Of a stretch of DNA of 24,000 bases, positions 15,312 to 24,000 are shown piece by piece. The stretch lies in assembly GCA_045649935.1 (NCBI GenBank), contig JAZRQQ010000120.1, positions 1 through 24,000 of the forward strand. The letters are read 5' to 3'. The position numbers and the translations under genes were made by a program. This DNA comes from Acutalibacteraceae bacterium. GTDB lineage: Bacteria; Bacillota; Clostridia; Oscillospirales; Acutalibacteraceae. Under the pieces are notes generated by a model, which searched no databases, had not been told where the DNA came from, and was given only the letters and a program-made list of their open reading frames with translations. The number at the start of each line of letters is the position of its first letter. Position 1 is the first letter of the stretch.

Positions 15312-16250
15312 TTAATAAGTAAATGTCCACTTTTCATCAAGGAAGCCTTCAAAAGAAGCATTACCTGAGAAGAATGTAATCTGTGCTTCACCGTAACCGG
15401 TCATAGGCATATAGTTTGAAAGAGCTGTAACCTTACCGTCAGCATTTACGGTAAACTTAACTGTTGAGCCGGGATACTTCATATCTGCCTTTTTGATTGT
15501 TACACCGGGAAGATCAAGTGATGCTATATCAAGATAGCCGATTGCTGTTGAGTTGTGAGAAGGAACGGGAGATGCTGCTGTTGTGGTTTCCTCTGTAAGA
15601 ACAATTGTATAAACAGTGTCAGTGCCTACTGTCTCTGCTACTGCAGAAACAACGCCTGCATCAGTAAGTACGAAATCCTTGTTAATGGGAGGAATAAGAG
15701 CAAACATTGTCTCTCCGGCTGCTGTCTTACCGCCTACAAAATCGTAATCAACCTCTTCTGCACCGGCAATGTTCTGAATGATATCATTGATAACATCAAC
15801 AGCTGCTGAAACTGAACAGTCAGTAACATTAACTACGATGTTCTCTGATTTATGAGCCTTTACATTCTGCTCTGCCTTAAGAGCGGCAATATAAGTATTT
15901 GCCTTTTCAATTACTTCCTGCTTTGTCATACTGCCTGTGTTTGCAGCCGTTGTATCCGGAGGTGTAACGGGAGTAACTTCAGTAGGCTCGGTAACAGCGT
16001 CAGTTACGGGAGCTGTTGTAGGAGCAGTTGTAGGAACTGTTGTAGGTACCGTTGTGGGTGCTGTTGTAGGAGCAGTTGTGGGAGCTGTTGTAGGAGCAGT
16101 TGTCTGCTGAACAGGTGTTACGGTATTTACAACCTCCTGTGTTGTGTCGAGATTTGCCTTTCTCTCTTTATATGTGCCGATTTCAAAGCCCATTACAAAA
16201 AACCATACGCTGAGAACTACGGCAACGGCAATTTTTATTTCTTTTTTCAT
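15312..16250 (-). CDS. Membrane-anchored hypothetical protein with TTAP-rich linker
   Basis: N-terminal TM IAVAVVLSVWFFVMGFEIG followed by (TTAP)n low-complexity sequence and a unique C-terminal domain. Confidence 0.8.
   Translation of the reverse strand: MKKEIKIAVAVVLSVWFFVMGFEIGTYKERKANLDTTQEVVNTVTPVQQTTAPTTAPTTAPTTAPTTVPTTVPTTAPTTAPVTDAVTEPTEVTPVTPPDTTAANTGSMTKQEVIEKANTYIAALKAEQNVKAHKSENIVVNVTDCSVSAAVDVINDIIQNIAGAEEVDYDFVGGKTAAGETMFALIPPINKDFVLTDAGVVSAVAETVGTDTVYTIVLTEETTTAASPVPSHNSTAIGYLDIASLDLPGVTIKKADMKYPGSTVKFTVNADGKVTALSNYMPMTGYGEAQITFFSGNASFEGFLDEKWTFTY
16015..16103. repeat. 12-bp tandem repeat (7 units plus partial) encoding the TTAP linker
   Basis: GTTGTAGGAGCA and near variants in tandem. 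Confidence 0.85.
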
Positions 16251-16383
16251 AACTCAATCTCCTTTATATTAATATATACTATTATACACGTAAAAGCATT
16301 ACTTATAATTTACTCGGTTTTCGTCTTTTTGTCAATAGAAAGGAAAAATAATATGGTAAATATTTCGTGAATAAAAGAAAAGC

Positions 16384-16424
16384 CCGCAGACTGCACTTAC
16401 CTGAGTAAGGCATAATCTGCGGGA
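16384..16424 (-). terminator. Hairpin downstream of the TRAP permease
   Basis: CCCGCAGA…TCTGCGGG near the permease stop. Confidence 0.5.
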
Positions 16425-16436
16425 AATATTTTTTAG

Positions 16437-18413
16437 TTATGCAGCATCCGTCACTTCTGCCACAGGTGCTGAGGGACCGTTCTTTTTCTTTGAAGAAAGC
16501 TTCTGAATAACGGCAACAACCACAATAATTCCGAGACCGATAGCATCGGTAACAACGCCGGGATAAATAAGAAGCAAGCCGCCGATAATGCTCAGAATTC
16601 TTTCAGGCCATGACATACGGCATAGGAAATATCCCTGAAGTGAAGCTGAAACAGCAAAGATACCTGCAAAGGATGTGATGCAGATAAGGATAACCTCCCA
16701 TGCACTTGTGTCGATAAACAGCATTGCGGGATTGAGAGCAAATACATAAGGAACAATAAAGGCGCCTATAGCAAGCTTTGTAGCCGTAAATGCAGTTTTC
16801 ATGGGATTTGCCTGAGCAATTGCAGCACCGGCATAAGCGGCAAGAGCAACAGGCGGTGTAAGGTCTGCAACAATACCGAAATAGAAAACAAAGAAATGAG
16901 CAGCAATCATAGGAACGCCCATCTGAACAAGAATGGGAGCGCAGGTTGCAGCCATAATACAGTAGTTAGCTGTAGTGGGAACACCCATACCGAGAATAAT
17001 ACAGCAAAGCATTGTAAGGAAGAGAGCAATAATAACCTGATTGCCCGCAATAGCAACAATACCGTTAAAGAGTGTATATGCAAGACCGGTAACACCGATA
17101 ATACCTGCAATAACACCTGCAACACCGCAGGCAGCAGCTACGGTGATCATACCGCGTCCGCCGGCAGCAAGAGCCTCAAAGAAGCGCTTGGGTGTGATTC
17201 TGTGTTCTTTGTTGAAAAGACTTACAACGATTGAAGCAACAATTGCAATTGCAGCTGCATAAGCAATTGAACGTGTGCTTGTACCTACAAGATAGATAAG
17301 AAGAACAAGAGGGAAGAGAAGATAGCTCTGCTTGATAAGAGGCTTGAGTCTGGGTAATTCTTCCTTGCTCAGACCCTTGAGTCCTTCCTTCTTGGCTTCA
17401 AGATGAACAGCAATAAATACGCCTGCAAAATAGAGAACTGCCGGAAGAATAGCTTTTACAACGATGTTTGAATAAGGAACACCTATTGTTTCAGCCATAA
17501 GGAAAGCAGCAGCACCCATAATGGGAGGCATAATCTGACCGCCCGTTGATGCTGAAGCCTCTGCAGCTGCAGCAAATTCAGGCTTGTAGCCTGTACGCTT
17601 CATAAGAGGAATAGTAACTGCACCTGATCCTACCGTATTGGCAACGGATGAGCCGGAAACCATACCCTCCATAGCTGAAGCAACAACAGCTACCTTTGCA
17701 GGACCGCCTGAGAAACGGCCTACGAGTGCATTGGAAATGTTGATAAAGAAATCTGCAATACCGGTTCTTTCAAGGAAAGCACCGAAAATGATAAACATTG
17801 CAATATATTTTGAGCATACGTTTACGGGAGTTGAGAGGATACCCTCCTTTGAATAGAAGAGAACTCTTACGTTTTCCGTAATACGTGCAAACATATCGGG
17901 ATTGGTTGAGCCCCAGATAAGAGCATAGACAAGCAGAACACCCGCAACGATAAGAATAGGAAGACCTACACTTCTGCGGCAAAGCTCAGCAAGACAGACA
18001 ATACCGATAATGCCTATGATAACTTCTATGTTTGTAATTTTGAATCTTGAAACGATTTCTGACGCATTAAGTGCGTAATATAAGAATGAGCCCGTACCGG
18101 CTATCATAAAAATAAAATCATACCAGGGTATGTGGTTAGCCTTCTGAACACCCTTTTTTATGGGGAACACAAGATAACCTATAAGCATAATGAATGCCAT
18201 AAAAGATGCAAGTCTCAATTCATCAAGCCATGTAGCAAACAGTGTAACATAAATACAGAACACAGCAAATGCCGCAAGAATACAGTTTACAACTGTTCCG
18301 GGAACGCCGTTCCATACACGTGTGTTTGATTCACGGTCGAATTTTTTCATAACATCATCAAGATCCATGCTTTCAGGTGTTACTTCAGAGTTGTTTTTCT
18401 TGAAAAATCCCAT
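16437..18413 (-). CDS. TRAP transporter permease, DctQ/DctM-type fusion
   Basis: Long multi-TM protein with VPTTANYCIMA, SGSSVANTVGSGAVTIPLMKR and EASASTGGQIMPPIMGAAAFLMAE. Confidence 0.92.
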   Translation of the reverse strand: MGFFKKNNSEVTPESMDLDDVMKKFDRESNTRVWNGVPGTVVNCILAAFAVFCIYVTLFATWLDELRLASFMAFIMLIGYLVFPIKKGVQKANHIPWYDFIFMIAGTGSFLYYALNASEIVSRFKITNIEVIIGIIGIVCLAELCRRSVGLPILIVAGVLLVYALIWGSTNPDMFARITENVRVLFYSKEGILSTPVNVCSKYIAMFIIFGAFLERTGIADFFINISNALVGRFSGGPAKVAVVASAMEGMVSGSSVANTVGSGAVTIPLMKRTGYKPEFAAAAEASASTGGQIMPPIMGAAAFLMAETIGVPYSNIVVKAILPAVLYFAGVFIAVHLEAKKEGLKGLSKEELPRLKPLIKQSYLLFPLVLLIYLVGTSTRSIAYAAAIAIVASIVVSLFNKEHRITPKRFFEALAAGGRGMITVAAACGVAGVIAGIIGVTGLAYTLFNGIVAIAGNQVIIALFLTMLCCIILGMGVPTTANYCIMAATCAPILVQMGVPMIAAHFFVFYFGIVADLTPPVALAAYAGAAIAQANPMKTAFTATKLAIGAFIVPYVFALNPAMLFIDTSAWEVILICITSFAGIFAVSASLQGYFLCRMSWPERILSIIGGLLLIYPGVVTDAIGLGIIVVVAVIQKLSSKKKNGPSAPVAEVTDAA

Positions 18414-18453
18414 AATTGCCTCCTTTATTTTACCAAAATTTTCAGAAAAAACA

Positions 18454-18478
18454 GGCTGCAGTTGCTTCGACTGCAGCC
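18454..18478 (-). terminator. Intergenic terminator/attenuator between SBP and permease genes
   Basis: Minus strand GGCTGCAGT-CGAAGCA-ACTGCAGCC followed by TGTTTTTTCTG. Confidence 0.75.
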
Positions 18479-18501
18479 GATAATTCAGATGTAAAGGTCA
18501 A

Positions 18502-19452
18502 TTATTTTGTTTCAACAGTAACGCCTTTTTCTGCAAAGTACTTAGCAGCGCCTGCATGGAAGGGAGCTGTCATACCGCTTGTTGCGTTTTCGATTGAAAG
18601 CTCAGCACTCTTTGCGTGTGTGATAGCATCAGCATTTTCAAAAATAGCCTTTGTGATGTTGTATACATCTTCTTCAGCAGCATTTGCACTTACGATAAGA
18701 GTAGCCTTGACTGTAACTGTCTTGACTGCCTTCTTCTGACCGTCATAGGTCTTTGCGGGAATCTCATATACTGTGTAGTAAGGAGAAGCTTCCATAAGCT
18801 TGTCAGCGATTTCACCGTCGATGGGAACGAGGTAAGCATCAGCTGATGTGCAAAGCTCCTGGATAGCGGGTGTGGGAGCACCTGCAACGATGAATGCTGC
18901 GTCAATCTTCTTGTCCTTGAGAGCGTCAGCTGAATCACCGAATGACTGATACTGAGGCTGGATGTCTTCCTCTGTAAGGCCTGCTGCTGCAAGAACATCG
19001 ATTGCGTTGAAGTAAACGCCTGAGCCTGCTGCACCGATAGAAACCTTCTTACCCTTAAGGTCAGCAACTGACTTGATTTCGGGATCCATTGTGATTAACT
19101 GAACAGCTTCTGCATAGAGACCGCCGATAACTCTGAAGGACTCAAGAGCGCCTTCGGTTTCGAATGTACGTAAGCCTGCCCATGCATAAGCCATAACGTC
19201 TGACTGAACTGTACCGAGCTGATAGTTGCCGGCATCAATACCGAGAATGTTTGCTTTTGAACCGTCTGTTGAAACAACGTTTACTGTGATACCTGTAGCT
19301 TCCTTAAGGTGGTTACCGAGAACACCGCCGTAAGCGTAATATGTGCCCTGTGTACCGCCGGTACCCATTGTCATAGCTGTTGTACCGCCACCGCAAGCAA
19401 CAAGTGTGAAGAGCATAAGAGCTGCAAGAAGCACTGCAAGAATTTTTTTCAT
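18502..19452 (-). CDS. TAXI family TRAP transporter solute-binding protein
   Basis: Signal peptide MKKILAVLLAALMLFTLVACGGG (lipobox); MGTGGTQGTYYAYGGVLGNHLKE. Start revised from the ORF track. Confidence 0.92.
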   Translation of the reverse strand: MKKILAVLLAALMLFTLVACGGGTTAMTMGTGGTQGTYYAYGGVLGNHLKEATGITVNVVSTDGSKANILGIDAGNYQLGTVQSDVMAYAWAGLRTFETEGALESFRVIGGLYAEAVQLITMDPEIKSVADLKGKKVSIGAAGSGVYFNAIDVLAAAGLTEEDIQPQYQSFGDSADALKDKKIDAAFIVAGAPTPAIQELCTSADAYLVPIDGEIADKLMEASPYYTVYEIPAKTYDGQKKAVKTVTVKATLIVSANAAEEDVYNITKAIFENADAITHAKSAELSIENATSGMTAPFHAGAAKYFAEKGVTVETK

Positions 19453-19721
19453 AAAATATTCCTCCGTAAAATATATTTTCCGGGCTCTGCCCAGAATCTG
19501 CCTCATTTAAAATGAATAAATATAAATTCAAATATTCATCTTTCAGAGAATGTGTTTAATATATTAATATATTTGTCACCTTTTTGTCAAGTCTTACAGA
19601 GAAAACTTAAGTATTTTTACCTCTTTTTTCACAAAAATCCTCTTTCTCTTGCTTTTTACGGCAGAGAGATGGTAAAATGGCTATGCAAAATTATGAAAAT
19701 TTATAAAAAAGAAGGTGCCCC

Positions 19722-20513
19722 GTGAATACAGAAAAACCCTTAGCCGACTCCGCGCTTATAAAAAAGCTTCTGAGCTTTGAAAACAACGATATCTCCGTCA
19801 TAACCGTCAGAGAAACCTCATCAACCAACGATGAGGTCAGAAGCCTTGCCGTAAACGGAGCGGAAGGCACTGTTCTCTATGTTGCCGACAGTCAGACAAA
19901 AGGCAGAGGCAGAAAGGGAAGAAGCTTCTTTTCCCCCGACGGCACGGGAATATATATGAGCCTTCTCCTTCACCCCTCCTTACCTGCAGAAAGCTGTACC
20001 CTTCTTACACCTATGTGTGCTGTTGCCGTTTCCGAAGCTATTGAAAGCATCGTTTCTGCCGAAAGTAAAATAAAGTGGGTTAATGATATTTTCATAGACG
20101 GAAGAAAGGTTGCAGGTATTCTTACAGAGGGAGCCTTCACAAAAGGCAGAATCGATTATGCCGTAGTAGGAATCGGTGTAAATATTTCACTCCCGGAAGA
20201 GGATTTCCCCGAAGAAATAAGAAGCACAGCCGGTGCTCTTACAGAAAACCGTACAGATTTCAGAAACGAGCTTATCGCTGAGATAACTAACAGATTTATG
20301 CATTATTATAAACAGCTTCCGAAAAAAGCTTTTCTGGACAAATACAGAGAAAAGCTCCTCTTTCTCGGAGAAGAAATCACTGTTATTGCTGCAGATAAAA
20401 CCTATACTGCAACAGCAGAAGACATAGATGACGACTGCAGACTTATCGTGCGTACTCCCGAAGGAGAAAGAATAGCTCTCGGCAGTGGTGAGATAAGTAT
20501 AAAAATCCGTTGA
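19722..20513 (+). CDS. birA: Biotin--[acetyl-CoA-carboxylase] ligase
   Basis: ETSSTNDEVR, DSQTKGRGRKGRSFFSPDGTGIYMS, KWVNDIFIDGRKVAGILTE; GTG start. Confidence 0.93.
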   Translation: MNTEKPLADSALIKKLLSFENNDISVITVRETSSTNDEVRSLAVNGAEGTVLYVADSQTKGRGRKGRSFFSPDGTGIYMSLLLHPSLPAESCTLLTPMCAVAVSEAIESIVSAESKIKWVNDIFIDGRKVAGILTEGAFTKGRIDYAVVGIGVNISLPEEDFPEEIRSTAGALTENRTDFRNELIAEITNRFMHYYKQLPKKAFLDKYREKLLFLGEEITVIAADKTYTATAEDIDDDCRLIVRTPEGERIALGSGEISIKIR

Positions 20514-20548
20514 AATCCTTGAAAATCAATAATTATACTATAAGCCTG

Positions 20549-20587
20549 AACGCAAAAAAACTCCGACACGGTCGGAGCTTTTTTGCT
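20549..20587. terminator. Bidirectional intrinsic terminator
   Basis: AAAAAAACTCCGAC-ACG-GTCGGAGCTTTTTT. Confidence 0.85.
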
Positions 20588-20749
20588 TGGGAATTTGATT
20601 GAGGTAACTATGAAAATGAAAAAACTTTTAGTTTATTTACACAACAATAATATGCTTTCCGTTTAATAAATTCAATGCTTTAAAGGAATTATTTACGATG
20701 CGTTAACAATATTTTTAAGGTTTGTTTTAAGTTAAACGCAGAACTTTTC

Positions 20750-22081
20750 TCATTTAGTAAGGACACCGCCGTCACTGTATAAAAGGAGCATAATATCCCT
20801 CTCTTCACCGGTTACCGCATCAACATAAACAAGAGCCTCCTGGCCCTCTTCATCCTTACAGTGAAATTCGAAGCAGAGAGCTTCCTTTCCCGTCTTAAGA
20901 GGGATAACTGCCTTGCGTGATGAAAGTACTTTAAGAGAGGGCTGAAGAGACTTTCTGCACTCTTCAGATGAAAGTGTGTTTTCATCACATTTTCTTTCTC
21001 GGTGGTTCATCAGATACCCGCTGCTGTCAACAGCAACAGCTTCACCCGTTTCAAGGGAGATTCCCACCTTGATAAGATCTGCGTAATAAATCACGCCGTC
21101 TTTTTCGTAAGCATAATTGACTGTGCAGATACCATCATAGGTGCTGTAATAAGTCTCTGTCATATTTTCTTTAAAGCCCGTTTTTCCGAGATATTCCTTG
21201 CCGCGCATTACGGCTTCACTGTGGCTGATTGTTGCCTCACCGGCATAATCCTCACCTGTAAGATAACACACCTTACCGCCTCTTTTGGTTATCCCCACAG
21301 TCCTGTCTCCCTTTGAAAAGCAGTAAAGACTTATTGTCGAATCAATATCTGCCTCCTGCTTCAGTGCAGCTTCTTCACAGCCGAGAATCTCTCCTGCAAT
21401 TTTTCTTGCCTCATGAGCTGTTATCTCATCACCTGAAAGCCCCAGAGCTTTTTTATTCAGAACAGTATCGGCAAAGGGTCCGTCATACAAAAGAGTCGGA
21501 TAGTCACCCATTGTCTGCTGTGTGTCCGTAAAGCTGTCGGAAAAGCTTATCTGCTCATAGCTTTCATCGGTCATAAGAGTGCTGAGCTTCTGTGAAAAAG
21601 TTACACCTCCGTTATAGTAATCTGATGCTATTTCCTCAAAGGCTTCAGAAAGCTTCCGTGAATAATTGCAAAGCTTCCTCAGATTATCTCTTTCCTCCTG
21701 AGTCATATTCAGTTCGTCCTCCGACGAAAGAGAAGACGTATAATCGCCTACCTGCGACAAAAATTTATATATCTCATCTGTTATCATACTCTCGTCCGTA
21801 AGTCCCGAAAGGCTCACCTTTGCAATGCTTGCTTCACGGTAAAGGTCACTGCCGTTTTTTCTGAGCATTTCCGATGTTCCCGTACAGAGACTTTTCTGCA
21901 GATGGGTAGTGATTTCATCAAGGCTTTCACAGAGCTCGGAAAGGTATTTCTGATTTCTTACCTCTCTTTCCCTTTCAAGATTTTTTATCTTTACGCCGCT
22001 GATAACCGACAGCACAAGAAAGGCAACACACAGCACCGATAACACACCGATTATTTTGTTCTTATCACGGTTATTTTTCAT
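20750..22081 (-). CDS. ypeB: Germination protein YpeB-like
   Basis: N-terminal TM, LEREREVRNQKYLSELCESLDEITTHLQKSLCTGTSEML and C-terminal PepSY-like repeats match the YpeB pattern. Confidence 0.8.
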   Translation of the reverse strand: MKNNRDKNKIIGVLSVLCVAFLVLSVISGVKIKNLEREREVRNQKYLSELCESLDEITTHLQKSLCTGTSEMLRKNGSDLYREASIAKVSLSGLTDESMITDEIYKFLSQVGDYTSSLSSEDELNMTQEERDNLRKLCNYSRKLSEAFEEIASDYYNGGVTFSQKLSTLMTDESYEQISFSDSFTDTQQTMGDYPTLLYDGPFADTVLNKKALGLSGDEITAHEARKIAGEILGCEEAALKQEADIDSTISLYCFSKGDRTVGITKRGGKVCYLTGEDYAGEATISHSEAVMRGKEYLGKTGFKENMTETYYSTYDGICTVNYAYEKDGVIYYADLIKVGISLETGEAVAVDSSGYLMNHRERKCDENTLSSEECRKSLQPSLKVLSSRKAVIPLKTGKEALCFEFHCKDEEGQEALVYVDAVTGEERDIMLLLYSDGGVLTK

Positions 22082-22232
22082 ATATTTTTTCTCCTCTGAA
22101 ATAATATTAGTATTTTATAAAACTATTTTACGAAAAATTTACAAAAATATCCCCTTATTTAGCAATTGTGACGTTGAATATTTTTTCGTATTGTAGTATA
22201 ATAACTTGAATATAATGAGGAGGTATGTCCCT

Positions 22233-23360
22233 ATGATCGCTTATCTTGATAACAGCGCTACCACAAAGGTATGTGAAAACGCAAAAAAGCAGATGCTTCT
22301 TGCCATAGAAAACTGTTGGGGAAATCCCTCTTCTCTTCACGAAAAAGGCATCGAGGCTGAAGCTCTTCTTATAAAAGCCAGAGAGACAATTGCCAAAGCT
22401 CTCTGCTGCACAAGGGAAGAAATAATCTTCACAAGCGGAGGCACCGAGGGCAACAATCTTGCAATTCTCGGCGCAGCCCGTGCAAACAAAAGAAAGGGCA
22501 ACCGTGTTATCACCTCTGCCATTGAGCATCCGAGTGTGCAGAAATCCTTTGAAAAGCTTTCTCAGGAGGGCTTCGAGGTAATATATATCGGTACCGATGA
22601 AAAGGGACACCTTGATATGAAGGCTCTCTCCGAGGCAATAAACGAAAAAACCGTCCTTGTAAGTATTATGGCAGTAAACAACGAGGTAGGCACAATTGAG
22701 CCCGTTTCGGAAATCGCAGGCATTATCCGTCTTAAAAATTCTCCCGCCCTTTTTCACATTGATGCCGTTCAGGCCTTCGGTAAAATTCCCCTTAACGTAA
22801 AGAAGCTCGGAGCTGACCTTATGACCGTCAGCTCACATAAAATCCACGGACCCAAGGGAACGGGCGCTCTCTTTGTAAAAAAAGGAACAAAGCTTACACC
22901 TAATGCTCTCGGCGGCTCTCAGGAAAGGGAAATCCGTCCCGGCACCGAGCCCGTACCGGCAATAGCCGGCTTCATGGGTGCGGCAGAAGAGCTTACAGTA
23001 AGTGCTTCTCTTGAAAAAATAACGGCTCTGCGTGATTACTTTACGGAAAAGCTTAAGGAAAGAGAAGGCATTGAAATCAACAGTCCCGACGATGCTCTCC
23101 CCTATATAATCAACATCTCCCTGCCGGGATACAGAAGTGAAACCCTTCTGAATTTCCTCTCTGATGCGGGAATATATGTTTCCTCAGGCTCTGCCTGTGC
23201 AAAGGGACATAAGAGCCACGTGCTGACTGCCATGGGACTTTCAGACAGAACAATTGATTCATCTCTTCGTATCAGCCTTTCAAGATTTACCGAAAAGGAA
23301 GAGCTTGACTTTTTCCTTTGCAATATCGACAAGGCAATGAAGGTAATTATGAAAAAATAA
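22233..23360 (+). CDS. Cysteine desulfurase (NifS/IscS family)
   Basis: MIAYLDNSATT, FTSGGTEGNNLAI, SSHKIHGPKGTGAL, SSGSACAKG. AGGAGGT RBS supports the ATG at 22233. Confidence 0.95.
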   Translation: MIAYLDNSATTKVCENAKKQMLLAIENCWGNPSSLHEKGIEAEALLIKARETIAKALCCTREEIIFTSGGTEGNNLAILGAARANKRKGNRVITSAIEHPSVQKSFEKLSQEGFEVIYIGTDEKGHLDMKALSEAINEKTVLVSIMAVNNEVGTIEPVSEIAGIIRLKNSPALFHIDAVQAFGKIPLNVKKLGADLMTVSSHKIHGPKGTGALFVKKGTKLTPNALGGSQEREIRPGTEPVPAIAGFMGAAEELTVSASLEKITALRDYFTEKLKEREGIEINSPDDALPYIINISLPGYRSETLLNFLSDAGIYVSSGSACAKGHKSHVLTAMGLSDRTIDSSLRISLSRFTEKEELDFFLCNIDKAMKVIMKK

Positions 23361-23370
23361 GAGGTAGAAA

Positions 23371-24000
23371 ATGAAAGAAGTATTACTTTTAAAGAACGGA
23401 GAACTTGCCCTTAAAGGTCTTAACAGAAGCACCTTCGAGGATGTTCTTGTAAAAAATATCAAACGCAGACTTTTAAAATCTGTAGGTAAATTCACCTTCA
23501 CAAAATCACAGTCAACAATCGTTGCTGAGCCCGTAGACGAGGATATCGATTTTGATGAAGCTGTTGAGGTTATGAAAAAGGTTTTCGGTATCGTTGCTTT
23601 TTCAAAGGCAGCCGTTACGGAAAAGGACCTTGAATGTATGAAGGACGTTGCCCTTTCCTATCTCGGTGACGATTTAAGAAGCGTAAAGACCTTCAAGGTA
23701 AACGCAAAGAGAAGTGATAAAAGATTTCCTCTTACCTCTCCCGAAATCTGCCGTGAGGTAGGTGCACACCTTTTAAGAAACATCCCCTCACTCAGTGTTG
23801 ATGTTCACAATCCCGATATTACCGTAACCGTTGAAGTAAGAGACAAAAACGTCTTTATTCACGGTAATCAGATAAAGGGTGCAGGCGGTATGCCCGTCGG
23901 CACTGCAGGCAGAGTTGCTCTTCTCGTTTCCGGCGGAATTGACAGTCCCGTTGCAGGCTGGATGATGGCTAAAAGAGGTCTTCAGCTCAGCGCAGTTCAC
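23371..24000 (+). CDS. thiI: tRNA 4-thiouridine sulfurtransferase ThiI, 5' partial
   Basis: MKEVLLLKNGELALKGLNR…, THUMP region and PP-loop LLVSGGIDSPVAGWMMAKRG; runs off the window. Confidence 0.93.
   Translation, partial: MKEVLLLKNGELALKGLNRSTFEDVLVKNIKRRLLKSVGKFTFTKSQSTIVAEPVDEDIDFDEAVEVMKKVFGIVAFSKAAVTEKDLECMKDVALSYLGDDLRSVKTFKVNAKRSDKRFPLTSPEICREVGAHLLRNIPSLSVDVHNPDITVTVEVRDKNVFIHGNQIKGAGGMPVGTAGRVALLVSGGIDSPVAGWMMAKRGLQLSAVH

Overview
The window resembles a low-to-mid-GC Clostridia/Ruminococcus-type chromosome in three parts. (A) Left flank, 1-803: the end of a CDS fused to a palindromic repeat, a terminator, a compact array of seven small hairpins joined by ATGAAAT/ATTTCAT linkers, and a four-helix-bundle (S23/IVP/Avd-like) gene. 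(B) An ~9.0 kb element integrated into the 3' half of tRNA-Thr(CGT) and bounded by perfect 46-bp direct repeats (804-849 and 9793-9838). It encodes a sigma factor, a tyrosine integrase with an embedded HTH, an XRE repressor, two small HTH/Xis-like proteins, a candidate HUH Rep, a KilAC-type antirepressor, an RHH protein and a PBECR4-like nuclease candidate. I saw no capsid, terminase or relaxase/T4SS genes. (C) Ordinary core genome: DnaI/DnaC-like and DnaD-like genes, glnA, an SDR gene, TRAP-TAXI transporter genes, birA, ypeB, a cysteine desulfurase and the 5' part of thiI. Two signals stand out most. One is the hairpin array upstream of the four-helix-bundle gene. The other is a non-palindromic word, TGAGGGC (mostly ATGAGGGCR), found about 26 times on both strands and in several reading frames inside the 9-kb element, with no copy seen in the ~14 kb of core sequence to its right. 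All counts were made by eye.
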